A stretch of DNA of 64,000 nt from an uncultured Ruminococcus sp. (GCA_902765625.1 CACXAO010000002.1:1238-65237), one strand, 5' to 3'; numbered from the stretch's first letter, positions 49,626 through 60,330 are shown. Notes: generated by a model not told the origin, from the sequence alone. Numbers and translations: made by a program.

Positions 49626-50714
49626 TTAACGCGTTTTATATTTTATATATGAAGCAAGCTCGCTCATTTTTTGATACTGACTTCGGTTTGTTGCAATAAA
49701 GAGGTTATACTTCTCGCCCGGAACGGTAAACTCATGCGTAAAGTAGCTGTCTATCTCGCCCTCGTGCGAAATCGAACCGTCTGAGCCGACTATGAATCCG
49801 TAGCCGTAGTGAAGTGACGAATCGGGTGAATAGTCGGTTGTCATTTCATCGAGAATTTCCTTGCTCAAAACAGTATGCTCGCGCAGAGAGGTCATCCACT
49901 TATCCATATCCGCTGCGGTAGAAATAATTCCTCCGTCGCCGAACGCGATGCCTTTGGTTTTGATTTCGGAAGGCTCTCCGTCGTAAGCCTGCGGAACAAG
50001 CCTCGCCGAACCCGAAAGCTCCTCAGCTACGCCCGTATCGTTCATTTCAAGAGGCAACAGCAGCTTCTCTTTGAGATACTCAGAAAAGCTTTTCTGCGAC
50101 GCCTTCTCTACGATCTCGGCAAGCAAAAAGTAGTTTGAATTCGAGTAAGCTGCGCTGCTGTCGGGCTGAAAATCCAATTCCTTTGAAAAAATCCAATTTC
50201 GCGTCGCGCTGCGGTTCTCTTCCTCGGTCGCGTCTTCGGCAAAATTATACCGCTTGAAATACTCGTCCTCAGCGTCTGCGCCGTTCACATAGTCCCTCAC
50301 GCCGGAACGCATTGTCAGCAGGTTCTTGACGGTTATCTCAGAGCCGTACGTATAATCGGGAAACCACTTGTCGATCGTATCGTCTACGCTGAGCTTGCCG
50401 TCCTCCTTCAAAAGCATTATGCACGCTGCGGTGAACTGCTTTGAAACCGAACCGATTGCAAATTGGCTGTCGGCGGAAATTTCCTCGCTGCCGTCGCGCG
50501 TAACAGTACCGTTAGCCGCTTCGTAAACCTCGCCGTCCTTGCTGAGACGTGCTACTCCGTAAAACTTTAGCTTCTTCATCTCTTCTTTCAAAAGAGCCTG
50601 AACGTCAGCGGTGGCCGCTGAATCTGCGGAGTCATTCGCTTTGCACGCGGTTAAGGAAAACAGAAGCGAAACGACAATCAACATAGAAATCAGCGAAGCC
50701 GCTTTGATTTTCAT
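49626..50714 (-). CDS. Beta-lactamase-like serine hydrolase lipoprotein
   Basis: LTAC lipobox; SVSK, YSN and HEG motifs. Confidence 0.88.
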   Translation of the reverse strand: MKIKAASLISMLIVVSLLFSLTACKANDSADSAATADVQALLKEEMKKLKFYGVARLSKDGEVYEAANGTVTRDGSEEISADSQFAIGSVSKQFTAACIMLLKEDGKLSVDDTIDKWFPDYTYGSEITVKNLLTMRSGVRDYVNGADAEDEYFKRYNFAEDATEEENRSATRNWIFSKELDFQPDSSAAYSNSNYFLLAEIVEKASQKSFSEYLKEKLLLPLEMNDTGVAEELSGSARLVPQAYDGEPSEIKTKGIAFGDGGIISTAADMDKWMTSLREHTVLSKEILDEMTTDYSPDSSLHYGYGFIVGSDGSISHEGEIDSYFTHEFTVPGEKYNLFIATNRSQYQKMSELASYIKYKTR

Positions 50715-51045
50715 AAGCAATCCCCTCTCCCTTTTGTTATAATAATACCAGATAAAAAGGCGATTGTCTACAGATTAAAAAAAATATCGGGCTGCAGTGC
50801 AATACACTTATAGAATGCGCGGCAGGGAATATTTAGAGGGTTCCTTATATATTTGCATCAAAAAATGAATTCTACGCTTATTCAGTCTGCCTGACAGCCA
50901 TTGATTTATTTAGCACATCAGTACAAACCGCAGGCATTTTCTTTGTATGGTTTCGACAAATTAATATATATCGCAATCATTAGGTTGAATATTTTATATA
51001 ATTATGCTAAAATAGTTTGGAATGAAATTTTCGGTAGGTGAGATA

Positions 51046-52725
51046 ATGACTTTTGCTGATAAGCTGAATGAGTATATAAAAGCCTTTAACTGCTCACCTA
51101 AAAGGCTCGTCGCTCTCAGCGGGGTTTCTGCCGCGACTGTCAGCAGATACAGAGCCGGTACAAGAGAACCCTCTGCACGCAGCGAGATTTTTGACGGCAT
51201 TGTAAACGGTCTTTTCCGCGCGGCAAAGGAAGCGCAGCAAACCGACGTTTCGGCGGAACAAATTCGTGCCGAGCTGCTTGCCGTTTTGCGCGACGACAGC
51301 GGATTATACGACCCGGGCTCTTTGCTGATCAGCCTTGATATGCTGATTACAAAGCTTCACCTCAACAGCGGAGAAATTGCCGCCTTTCTGGGTATGGATC
51401 AGTCGAGATTTTTCAGAATCCGAACCGGTCAGAGCAGACCTCCGGAAATTCACAGCTTTTGCAATCAAATAGGCAGATATATTTTCGAAAAGCTCGGCGA
51501 CGACGCGTCGACCGATATTCTGGCGGACATCCTCGGCTGTACCTCGTCTGAGCTTTTGAACGAGGAAGCCGTTTGCCGCAGGATCACGTGGCTTTTGACC
51601 GGAGACGTTTTTTCACCGCGTTCATACGCCGAAAACTTTCTCCGCGAGCTTGACAGATTTGACGGCAAGGATTATATTTCAGCCTTTGACGAGTCTGAAT
51701 TCAGCTTTTCAAATGAAGCGGAGAAAAAATTCTTTGCAGCCGTTGAGCACGCTGACAACAAGAAATCGGCTATCATCTGCACCGACCTGTATTCGGGCAG
51801 CACCGAGGACGACGACACGCTGAAAAGTCTTGAGCATATAATCGCTGTTTTGGTGCGCAAGGGAATCCACATTGACTTTGTGCTTAATTCCGACAACCCT
51901 ATGGACGAGATTCTTCCCGGACTGAAAGCGCTTATGCCGGTTTTTATGTCGGGCAATATCTCGGCGTATTACCTGAAGGGCAGACGCGACGGAATATACC
52001 GCTACAGGCTGATTTCTCTCGGAAACGCAGCGCTCACCTGCGAAGCTGTTACCGGTCACTATGACACCGCGATCACACGCGTCGCCTCATCTGACGAAGA
52101 AATCCGTTTTTACCGTATGCGCGCTGAACAGATTCTGAGCATGGCATGTCCGCTTATTGAAATTCTCGACGACAGCAAATCAAGAATGTCGGTGCTGGCT
52201 TCGTGCTCAAAAAAACAGGGCACACGAATATTCGTGCTCTCTACTCCCCCGTTCTTTACGCTGAATAACCGGCTTCTGGACAAAATTCTTGAACGCAACG
52301 GAGTCGGAAACGAAGAAGCCGGCCGCATAAAGCAGTATCTTCACGACGAAAGAGTAAGAACGCTGCAGATTCTCAGGCACTCGCGTTTTATAATTAATTA
52401 TCCCGATATTCCTCGCGAGAGCTACAGCAAAAAACCGGTTTTTCTCTCGGTTTCGGGTCTGTTCGTTAACCGCGAAATCCTCTGTACCTACGAAGAATAT
52501 GCCGAGCACGTCAGACTGATGAGGAAATTTGAGGCTGAACATACCAATTTCAGCTGTGTCGCAGACAAGAACAGCCCGTTCAGAAACATTCAGATTTTTA
52601 TGCACTCGGGTCAGTGGGTTATGCTCTCAAAAAACAAAACCCCGACCATACATCTATATATAAACCATTCTAAGCTTCGTCAGGCGCTTGAAAACATTCT
52701 TTCACCATACGGCGAGAATGTATGA
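51046..52725 (+). CDS. Large XRE-type HTH transcriptional regulator
   Basis: LVALSGVSAATVSRYRAG HTH, a second HTH-like segment (IAAFLGMDQSRFFRIRTG), long C-terminal region. Confidence 0.8.
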   Translation: MTFADKLNEYIKAFNCSPKRLVALSGVSAATVSRYRAGTREPSARSEIFDGIVNGLFRAAKEAQQTDVSAEQIRAELLAVLRDDSGLYDPGSLLISLDMLITKLHLNSGEIAAFLGMDQSRFFRIRTGQSRPPEIHSFCNQIGRYIFEKLGDDASTDILADILGCTSSELLNEEAVCRRITWLLTGDVFSPRSYAENFLRELDRFDGKDYISAFDESEFSFSNEAEKKFFAAVEHADNKKSAIICTDLYSGSTEDDDTLKSLEHIIAVLVRKGIHIDFVLNSDNPMDEILPGLKALMPVFMSGNISAYYLKGRRDGIYRYRLISLGNAALTCEAVTGHYDTAITRVASSDEEIRFYRMRAEQILSMACPLIEILDDSKSRMSVLASCSKKQGTRIFVLSTPPFFTLNNRLLDKILERNGVGNEEAGRIKQYLHDERVRTLQILRHSRFIINYPDIPRESYSKKPVFLSVSGLFVNREILCTYEEYAEHVRLMRKFEAEHTNFSCVADKNSPFRNIQIFMHSGQWVMLSKNKTPTIHLYINHSKLRQALENILSPYGENV

Positions 52726-52974
52726 CGACCGAAAAATCAAAGCCGTTTTGCACACCGGCATTAAACGGCTTATTTTTTCACGGGTTTTTGTTTCCGTTTC
52801 CGTCACTGCATAATCGTTATCGGAAACGGCGAAATAGCATAATCTGCTTTCAGGCGTTTGCGAAAAAAATTTGCGAAAAATTTTTTCCGATTCGACAATT
52901 CCCGATTCACCGCCGGAAACGATATATTTGCCGGGACGCATCCGGTAAAAATATAATTAGAGGAGATTTATGAA

Positions 52975-54072
52975 ATGAACATCAAAGCTGCTGTAGCCGA
53001 GCAAAAGGAAGGACGTATTTCGATTGAAAACGTCGAGCTCGGCGAGCCAAAAGAAGGCGAAGTACTTGTTAAAATCGCCGCCTGCGGTATCTGCCATACC
53101 GACGAGGTGGGACGACTCGGATTTTTCCCGCTCTCCTTCCCTGCCGTTTTCGGTCACGAGGGTGCAGGCACCGTCGTAAAGACGGGTCCCGGAGTTACGG
53201 ATTTCAAGGAAGGCGACAAGGTCAGCTTTTCTTACAGCTACTGCGGTACCTGCGAGGCTTGCAAACGCGGAATGCCGTTTGGCTGCAATCACAACCGAAG
53301 GCTCAACTTTACCGGCACTAATTTTGACGGCACAAAGCGTATGACCTACAAAAACAGGGAGGTTTCGTCCTTCTTCGGTCAGAGCGCGTTTGCCACGCAC
53401 GCGGTTGTGCACAAAAACAACCTCATCCATGTTGACGAGGATTTTCCGCTTTATCTCGCCGCTCCGATGGGCTGCGGAATCCAGACCGGCGCAGGTACTG
53501 TTCTGAACGTTCTCCGTCCTGCCGCCGATACCTCAATACTTATTACCGGCTGCGGCGCGGTTGGTCTTAGCGCGATTATGGCGGCCAAGCTCTCGCCTTG
53601 CAGCAAAATCATTGCCTGCGATATCAGCGACGAAAAGCTCGCTGTTGCCAAGGAATTCGGCGCGACCCACACAATAAACGCCTCAAAGGTCGATTCTGTT
53701 GCCGACGCCGTAAGAGAGATCACCGACGGTCTCGGCGCGCATTACGCGGCGGACTGCACCGGCAGCGGAGAATCGCTGAGAGTTTCGCTCAACTCCGTAA
53801 GATCTCTGGGAGTTTGCGCTGCTGTCGGAGCTGCTCAGAATATCACCTTCCAGGTTGAAGGCGAGCTGATGGGAGTGGCAAAAAGTCTTGTCGGGGTCGT
53901 TGAGGGTTACTCTATTCCGCAGATTTTTATTCCGCAGCTTATCAACTACTACAAGCAGGGTAAATTTCCGTTTGACCGCATGATAAAAACATACAAATTT
54001 GAGGAAATCAACAAGGCTTTTGAGGACGTTCACAAAGGTAAAACCGTAAAAGCCGTCCTTGTGATGGAGTAA
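52975..54072 (+). CDS. Zn-dependent aryl-alcohol dehydrogenase-like protein
   Basis: CHTD, GHEGAG, CGTCEAC...C, FFGQSAFATH, APMGCGIQTGAG, GKFPFDR (benzyl-alcohol DH subfamily pattern). Confidence 0.88.
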   Translation: MNIKAAVAEQKEGRISIENVELGEPKEGEVLVKIAACGICHTDEVGRLGFFPLSFPAVFGHEGAGTVVKTGPGVTDFKEGDKVSFSYSYCGTCEACKRGMPFGCNHNRRLNFTGTNFDGTKRMTYKNREVSSFFGQSAFATHAVVHKNNLIHVDEDFPLYLAAPMGCGIQTGAGTVLNVLRPAADTSILITGCGAVGLSAIMAAKLSPCSKIIACDISDEKLAVAKEFGATHTINASKVDSVADAVREITDGLGAHYAADCTGSGESLRVSLNSVRSLGVCAAVGAAQNITFQVEGELMGVAKSLVGVVEGYSIPQIFIPQLINYYKQGKFPFDRMIKTYKFEEINKAFEDVHKGKTVKAVLVME

Positions 54073-54086
54073 CGGAGGGAATACTT

Positions 54087-55391
54087 ATGCGTAAAATATT
54101 CGGTGACTACGGAAAAGCAGGCTGGGTCGTAATCATTTACTGCTTCTTGCTCTTTTACTTATACATCGCGCTTATTAACGACGGCACTAACGTTCTCGCT
54201 TCTAGAGCGGCTGAAAATATCGGCTGTCAGCCTGCGGATATTTTGCAGGCTAACGGCTACGCCGGAATTATCGCGGTAATCGGCTACATCATTTCGGGAC
54301 AGATCAACAACAAAATCGGTCCCCGCCTGACCTGCGGAATCCTGCTTATCATCAGCGGCGGCTCCTACATTGTCTGCGGCAACACAGGCAGTCTGATTGT
54401 TTACACCGTGTTTACAGCCATCTGCGCAGCCTGCCTGCTCTCTGCCGGATATGTTGCCGGCGGAACCCTGATTGCGCGCTGGTTCCCGAAGAAAAAAGGT
54501 CTGGTTATGGGTTACGTCACAATGGGTAACAACACTGCTTCGGCAACCTTCGTCGCTCTCTACACATGGCTCGTTATGGCAACCGGAAGCATCAAGACCG
54601 CGGTTATCCCGATCGGTATCGCGGCTGCCGTTCTCGGCATTATCGGCTGGATTTTTATGAGAAACAACCCCAAGGAACGCGGTCAGAATCCCGATAACGT
54701 CTCAGACGAGGTTTTCGCGGAGGAATACTGCACCGAGGAGGACGACGGCGGCTGGACGATCAAAAAGCTCCTAAAAACAAAGGAGGTCTGGATGGCGGCT
54801 ATCTATACCGGACTTCTCCAGGTTTGCTCCATCGGCGTTATGTCGCAGCTCGTTACAAGAAACATTGAAACCTTCCACATGGAGGAAGGCAGCGCGATCA
54901 TGATGATGACTATCCTTGCAATCCTCGCGCTTATTTTCTCGTGGATAATCGGATTGATCGACGACAAGCTCGGAACAAAAAGAACAATGCAGATTTTCTG
55001 CGCATGGTACGCGGTCGCGTTTGTGGTCAACGTTATAGCCGCCCAGCAACATCAGGAGAGCTTCCTGTTTTACTTCTCCATCTTTATGATCTCAATGGGT
55101 ATCGGCGGCTCGGGCAACTTTACGGTTTCGCTGCCTGCGTCTATCTTCGGCCGCCACGGCTTTGACAAAATCAACTCCGTTCTCTTCCCGATTCAGGGCT
55201 TTGTTACCGCGTGGTGCTTCGTTATTGACGGCGCGATTCTGAAGCAGTTCGGAAATCTTGACCCGGCATATCTGCTCTTTGCAGGAATCTCTATTCTCGT
55301 TATGATCCTTGTTTCGTTTATTGACGAGCACAAGTTCAACAAGGATTACATCGCGGAAGAAAAGCATCACCGCCTTGAACAAAAGAAATAA
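54087..55391 (+). CDS. MFS transporter (OFA-like)
   Basis: About 12 TM helices; RWFPKKKG, DDKLG. Confidence 0.88.
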   Translation: MRKIFGDYGKAGWVVIIYCFLLFYLYIALINDGTNVLASRAAENIGCQPADILQANGYAGIIAVIGYIISGQINNKIGPRLTCGILLIISGGSYIVCGNTGSLIVYTVFTAICAACLLSAGYVAGGTLIARWFPKKKGLVMGYVTMGNNTASATFVALYTWLVMATGSIKTAVIPIGIAAAVLGIIGWIFMRNNPKERGQNPDNVSDEVFAEEYCTEEDDGGWTIKKLLKTKEVWMAAIYTGLLQVCSIGVMSQLVTRNIETFHMEEGSAIMMMTILAILALIFSWIIGLIDDKLGTKRTMQIFCAWYAVAFVVNVIAAQQHQESFLFYFSIFMISMGIGGSGNFTVSLPASIFGRHGFDKINSVLFPIQGFVTAWCFVIDGAILKQFGNLDPAYLLFAGISILVMILVSFIDEHKFNKDYIAEEKHHRLEQKK

Positions 55392-55411
55392 GAGCATATG
55401 GAGGAATCAAA

Positions 55412-56833
55412 ATGAAAGCATACGACAAGCTGTATATCAACGGTCAGTGGGTTGAAGGCTCCGGCAGAGAGATGGCTGACGTCGACCCGTATACCGGAAA
55501 AATACTTTTTACATACAAGGGTGCTGACAAAAGCGACATTGACGCGGCTTATGCTGCTGCAAAGGCCGCCCAGAAAAAATGGTGCAAAACTACCGTCGCG
55601 GAAAAGACCGATTTATTCGAAAAACTTCTCGGCGTTATGCGCGAGTATGCTCCCGCGATTGAAGAATGTCTTATGGAGGAAGGCGGTTCCACCGCGCCTA
55701 AACGAGGCTACGAGGCTGCCACCTGCGCTCAGATGGTGCGCTACTTTATGCAGTTCCCTTCCCGCGTTGAAGGAAAGCTGCAGCCGTCGGACGCGCCAGG
55801 TCAGATAAACCTCGTTATGCGCAAGCCGCGCGGCGTTATCACCGTTATCACCCCTTGGAACGTTCCTTGTCTGCTGACGCTCAAGTCCGTTCTCCCGGCG
55901 ATCGCTTGCGGAAACGCGGTTGTATTAAAGCCGTCGTCGGACGCTCCGGCAAGCGCGCTTCTTCTTGCGGAAATCTTTGACAAAGCCGGAGTTCCTGCCG
56001 GTCTGTTCAACGTTGTTGCGGGCGGCGGCGCTGACATTGGCGACTACCTTGTCGGTCATCCCTCTTCCGAACTGGTGGCGTTTACCGGCTCGACCGAAAT
56101 CGGCAAGCGAATCGCATCTATTGCCGGAGGTAGGATATGCGACGTATCGCTCGAGCTGGGAGGCAACAACGCCATGCTTATTCTCGAGGATGCGGATATT
56201 GAAGCAGCGGCAGACAAGGCTCTCTTTGGCGCGTACTTCCATCAGGGACAAATCTGCATGGGAGTGAACAGAATCGTCGCGGTAGGCAGCGCGTATCAAA
56301 AGTTCTGTGACGCCTTTGCCGCAAAGGTCAGGGCGCTCAAGGCAGGCGACCCCAAAGACCCGGAGGTATTTATCGGTCCTCTGATCAACGGCGCTCAGGT
56401 GAAAAAATTTGAGGACGCGGTCAAACAAACAGTCGCGGCAGGCGCAAAGGTTCTTGTTGAAGGCTCCACCGACGGCAACGTTATCTCGCCGTGGCTGCTT
56501 GCGGACGTTACGCGTGATATGTACTCTGCACGCAACGAGGTTTTCGGTCCGGTTTGCAGCATTATGCCTGCCTCAACCGAGGAAGAAGCGATTGATATCG
56601 TTAACGACACTGACTACGGCTTATCAAACAGCGTTATGAGCCGCGACCTGTTTCATGCGGCTGAGGTTGCCGCGTGCCTTGAAAGCGGAATGGTTCACAT
56701 CAACGACCAGACGATCGGAGAGGAATTTCACGTTATGTTCGGCGGCGAAAAACAAAGCGGACTCGGCAGGTTCAACGGAAACTGGGTTCTCGAAAAATTC
56801 ACTACCGAGCAATGGATTTCCATCGTCAAATAA
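55412..56833 (+). CDS. Aldehyde dehydrogenase (benzaldehyde/vanillin DH-like)
   Basis: PWN, FTGS, LELGGN, HQGQICM, EVFGP, HINDQT, FGGEKQSG. Confidence 0.92.
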   Translation: MKAYDKLYINGQWVEGSGREMADVDPYTGKILFTYKGADKSDIDAAYAAAKAAQKKWCKTTVAEKTDLFEKLLGVMREYAPAIEECLMEEGGSTAPKRGYEAATCAQMVRYFMQFPSRVEGKLQPSDAPGQINLVMRKPRGVITVITPWNVPCLLTLKSVLPAIACGNAVVLKPSSDAPASALLLAEIFDKAGVPAGLFNVVAGGGADIGDYLVGHPSSELVAFTGSTEIGKRIASIAGGRICDVSLELGGNNAMLILEDADIEAAADKALFGAYFHQGQICMGVNRIVAVGSAYQKFCDAFAAKVRALKAGDPKDPEVFIGPLINGAQVKKFEDAVKQTVAAGAKVLVEGSTDGNVISPWLLADVTRDMYSARNEVFGPVCSIMPASTEEEAIDIVNDTDYGLSNSVMSRDLFHAAEVAACLESGMVHINDQTIGEEFHVMFGGEKQSGLGRFNGNWVLEKFTTEQWISIVK

Positions 56834-56862
56834 GGCATTGCTCCGGTTAGCCTGAAAAAAAT

Positions 56863-56908
56863 CCGGCCTTTGGCAAAACGGTAAAACGTTTGCCGGAGGT
56901 CGGCTTTT
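56863..56908 (+). terminator. Intrinsic terminator
   Basis: CCGGCCTTTGGCAAA...TTTGCCGGAGGTCGG-CTTTT. Confidence 0.65.
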
Positions 56909-57063
56909 AGTTTAAATACTTAAATGAGCTTTAGTTGAAAGTGTTTTGCTGCTTGCAAATCGCGAATTTTACCAAAACAAGAACAAATTTTACCACATTG
57001 TTGAAATATTAATATATCTATGGTATAATTCAGATAAGAAATTACAATAAGGAGGTTGTATTT

Positions 57064-59103
57064 ATGAAGCATTGGCTCAAAAAATCTATTTCGGCGTTAT
57101 TGGCTGCGCTTTTGCCGCTCACCTCCTTGTCGGTTATTTCGGCAGGCGCTGTTCAACCCGGAAACGATTTGGATACATGGTACGACTTTGAGTACGCCTG
57201 CTCGTCTGTCGACAACACGATTCGTCTGTACCGTTATTACGGCAGCGAAAAGGAGCTTGTCATTCCCGAGAAGATAGACGGTTACACCGTGATCGGAATT
57301 GACACCTCGTTCAAATCAAACAAGACCATAGAACGCCTTACTCTGCCCGACACGATCACCTATCTGAGCGAGAACGCGTTCAGAAACTGCGATAATCTCG
57401 TCAGCGTTAATATCCCCAAAAGCGTAACTGCCATCCCGGAAAGGGCGTTTGATAACTGCGGCAAGCTTGAGAGTATCGTTATTCCGGACGGCGTGACTTC
57501 GATCGGTGATTTCGCCTTTGAAAACTGTTTCTCGGCAACCTTCTCTCTCCCCGCCGGTCTGAAAAGCATCGGTAAAAGTGCGTTTGACGACTGCAGCTCG
57601 CTGCTTTCGGCTGAGATACCCGATACAGTTGAAACAATCGGATTAGGCGCGTTCTCCGGCTGCCGCGGACTTGAAACCGCAAAGCTGCCTGACGGCATTA
57701 CCGAAATCCCGTCGGAAATGTTCAGAAAATGCTCCTCGCTAAAAACCGTCGATATTCCCGACAGCGTTCAGACAATCGGCGAACGCGCGTTTATGTCGTG
57801 CCACTCACTGGAGAGCGTAACCGTTCCCGAGGGAGTGACCGCTATACCGACAGAGGCGTTCTTTGAGTGCAAATCCATGACAAGCCTTACTCTGCCTGAA
57901 ACTCTCACAACTATAGGCACGAGAGCGTTCACTAACAGCTCGGCGCTTGAAAGCGTTGATATTCCGGACTCCGTTTCAACAATAGAATTCGGCGCACTCG
58001 GCAACTTGACCGCACTTAAAAATATTGCTCTTCCAAATAGCCTTAAAGTTATCAGCGGCAATCTTCTCTCCGGCTGCAAATCGCTGCAGAGCGTTACGAT
58101 TCCCGACGGCGTAACGGAAATCGAAAAGAACGCATTTTTGAACGACGCCGCCCTGACTTCGGTAAAAATTCCGACGTCTGTAACCAAAATCAACGAGTAC
58201 GCGCTTGGCTACAGCTACAATACCAAGTACCTGAAAACTCCCAACTTTACCGTAAAAGGTTGGGGCGACGGAGAAGCGAAGCGGTACGCTGACGAAAACG
58301 GTTTCAGATACCTTGACCTGCTTACCGAACCCGACGAGGATATTCCGCCGCTTCCCGACGACCCAAACAACGGTATTACCGGCGAATGCACGTGGACGCT
58401 CAACGGAACCGAGCTTACAATCAGCGGAAACGGTTCAACGGGCTTCTACGGCTTCTACGACACCCTACCGTGGGGCACCGAGATCACGAAGGTCACTGTG
58501 GAAAACGGTGTGACGGAAATCGGCTCGGGCGCTTTTATCAAGTGCGAACAGCTTGAGGAAGCCATCATTCCCGACTCCGTTAAAATCATCGGCAGTCAGG
58601 CGTTTGCCAGCTGCAAAAAGCTCTCAAAGCTAACGCTTGGCAGCGGCTTGGAGACCATTGGAAACAGCGCGTTTTCACTCTGCACCTCGCTTGAGGAAAT
58701 TGACCTCGGTTCAATTCAGAGAATAGGCAGCAGCGCATTTATGGGCTGCACAAAGCTCGTCTCCGTCACCATTCCGAAAGCCACAAATTCAATTCAAAAA
58801 GACGCGTTTGTCGGCTGCGGCAATCTGACCATCTACGGCTATGTAAACACTACGGCTCAAAAATACGCTGACAACAACGATGATCTCGCCTTTGTTCCTC
58901 TCAACGCAAAAGGCGCGCCTGTTGAAATAAACGACGTAAACGCCGACGGCGACGTTAATATCTCCGACGCCACGGAGCTGCAAAGGCATATTGCTGAGAT
59001 TTCGGCGGTTGATCCGGCAATTCTCAGCCGCGCGATCAAGGAGTACAGCGGAACTGCGACAATCGACGACGTTACAAATATCCAGAAGAAGCTCGCCGAA
59101 TAA
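57064..59103 (+). CDS. BspA-type leucine-rich-repeat surface protein with dockerin
   Basis: Signal peptide, many IPDSVxxIGxxAFxxC repeats, C-terminal DVNADGDVNISDATELQ. Confidence 0.92.
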   Translation: MKHWLKKSISALLAALLPLTSLSVISAGAVQPGNDLDTWYDFEYACSSVDNTIRLYRYYGSEKELVIPEKIDGYTVIGIDTSFKSNKTIERLTLPDTITYLSENAFRNCDNLVSVNIPKSVTAIPERAFDNCGKLESIVIPDGVTSIGDFAFENCFSATFSLPAGLKSIGKSAFDDCSSLLSAEIPDTVETIGLGAFSGCRGLETAKLPDGITEIPSEMFRKCSSLKTVDIPDSVQTIGERAFMSCHSLESVTVPEGVTAIPTEAFFECKSMTSLTLPETLTTIGTRAFTNSSALESVDIPDSVSTIEFGALGNLTALKNIALPNSLKVISGNLLSGCKSLQSVTIPDGVTEIEKNAFLNDAALTSVKIPTSVTKINEYALGYSYNTKYLKTPNFTVKGWGDGEAKRYADENGFRYLDLLTEPDEDIPPLPDDPNNGITGECTWTLNGTELTISGNGSTGFYGFYDTLPWGTEITKVTVENGVTEIGSGAFIKCEQLEEAIIPDSVKIIGSQAFASCKKLSKLTLGSGLETIGNSAFSLCTSLEEIDLGSIQRIGSSAFMGCTKLVSVTIPKATNSIQKDAFVGCGNLTIYGYVNTTAQKYADNNDDLAFVPLNAKGAPVEINDVNADGDVNISDATELQRHIAEISAVDPAILSRAIKEYSGTATIDDVTNIQKKLAE

Positions 59104-59130
59104 AAAACAAATCACGAAAGGAATTTTATT

Positions 59131-59580
59131 ATGACACAACTTGAATATATCGACCTGCGCGAACGTCCCGAAATCAAGGACTCAGCCGCGGAATGGTTCC
59201 ACTCAAAATGGGGTGTGCCGAAGGAAGCCTATCTCGAATGTATGAAGGATTACCTCAGCGGCAACACCGAGCTGGGATGGTACCTCTGTCTTGACGGCGG
59301 CAAAATCGTAGGCGGAATGGGCGTTATCGAGAATGATTTCCACGAGAGAAAGGATTTGTCTCCGAACGTCTGCGCCGTTTATACCGAGGAAGAATACCGC
59401 GGTCAGGGTATCGCCGGAAAGCTTCTGAATATCGTTGTTGACGATATGAAGTCAAAGGGTATCTCGCCGATTTATCTTATTACCGACCACACAGGCTTTT
59501 ATGAGCGCTACGGCTGGGAGTTCCTCTGCATGGTTCAGGGCAGCGATCCCGAGCCTTCGAGAATGTATATCCACAGATAA
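59131..59580 (+). CDS. GNAT acetyltransferase
   Basis: AVYTEEEYRGQGIAG, FYERYGW. Confidence 0.9.
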   Translation: MTQLEYIDLRERPEIKDSAAEWFHSKWGVPKEAYLECMKDYLSGNTELGWYLCLDGGKIVGGMGVIENDFHERKDLSPNVCAVYTEEEYRGQGIAGKLLNIVVDDMKSKGISPIYLITDHTGFYERYGWEFLCMVQGSDPEPSRMYIHR

Positions 59581-59582
59581 AA

Positions 59583-59620
59583 AATCACCTCCGAGGCGTT
59601 TGTTTGCTTCGGAGGTGATT
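59583..59620. terminator. Bidirectional terminator
   Basis: AATCACCTCCGA...TCGGAGGTGATT between convergent genes. Confidence 0.75.
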
Positions 59621-59627
59621 AATATTT

Positions 59628-60329
59628 TTACTTCATAAGCGCGTTCAGCTCCGCGTCGGTTTTGCCTTGCAGCTCTCCCTCGTCGTAAAGCCTGATTGTC
59701 ACGCAGGCGACAGGCTTCAGGCTTTTGGTGATAACCAAATCAAAATATCCGGACTTCCATGATTCGGAGTTTACATAAAGCGAACCCCACGAATCACCGC
59801 TTTCCTCAGGCTTTTGCAAAATCACAAACGGCACCGCGTTAGACACCGACTGAACATACGATTCGGTATATTCGGACGGATCCTTGTGTTCTAAAACAAG
59901 CACTGAAAGGCCTTCTGCCTCGGTTGTTTCGGGAGTGATTTCTATCCATTCGTTCAGCTCAAAAGCTGATCGGATGTTATCGCTGCCTGTCTCTCTGCCG
60001 TTCAACTCGTCCGAACCGGCTGCATTCCCCGATAAGCTCAAGCCCGTAATTACAGGTGTTTCGCCGTCGCTTAACTGACGCAGCTTGCCCGGCTCAACAT
60101 CAGCGGCTGCCTGATTATCCGAGGATGCTGACTGCGTGGCGCCTTCTGTACTCTCTGTCTCAGCGGCGGAAGTCGACTGTTGTGCGGAAGTTGGCTGTAC
60201 GGCTGTGGTCTGTACGGCTGCCGAAGTCTGTTCAGAGTTTTCGGACGCGTTCTTCGTTCCTCCGCAGGCAGAAAGCGACGCTGCAAGCACAAAGGCTGTA
60301 ACAGCGCAAATTAGTTTTTTGGAAATCAT
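59628..60329 (-). CDS. Hypothetical lipoprotein
   Basis: LSAC lipobox, S/T/Q linker, globular C-terminal domain. Confidence 0.8.
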   Translation of the reverse strand: MISKKLICAVTAFVLAASLSACGGTKNASENSEQTSAAVQTTAVQPTSAQQSTSAAETESTEGATQSASSDNQAAADVEPGKLRQLSDGETPVITGLSLSGNAAGSDELNGRETGSDNIRSAFELNEWIEITPETTEAEGLSVLVLEHKDPSEYTESYVQSVSNAVPFVILQKPEESGDSWGSLYVNSESWKSGYFDLVITKSLKPVACVTIRLYDEGELQGKTDAELNALMK

Positions 60330-60330
60330 A

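Noticed and set aside
49626-50714. True beta-lactamase
   Set aside because: Only generic SxxK/YxN/HxG serine-hydrolase motifs; more likely a peptidase or esterase
56863-56908. c-di-GMP-I riboswitch (GGCAAA motif)
   Set aside because: A single hairpin with a T tail directly after a stop codon; the second stem is missing, so it is a terminator
57300-58850. Periodic DNA repeats suggesting a CRISPR array or DGR
   Set aside because: Degenerate coding LRR repeats; no identical repeats with spacers, no cas genes, no reverse transcriptase
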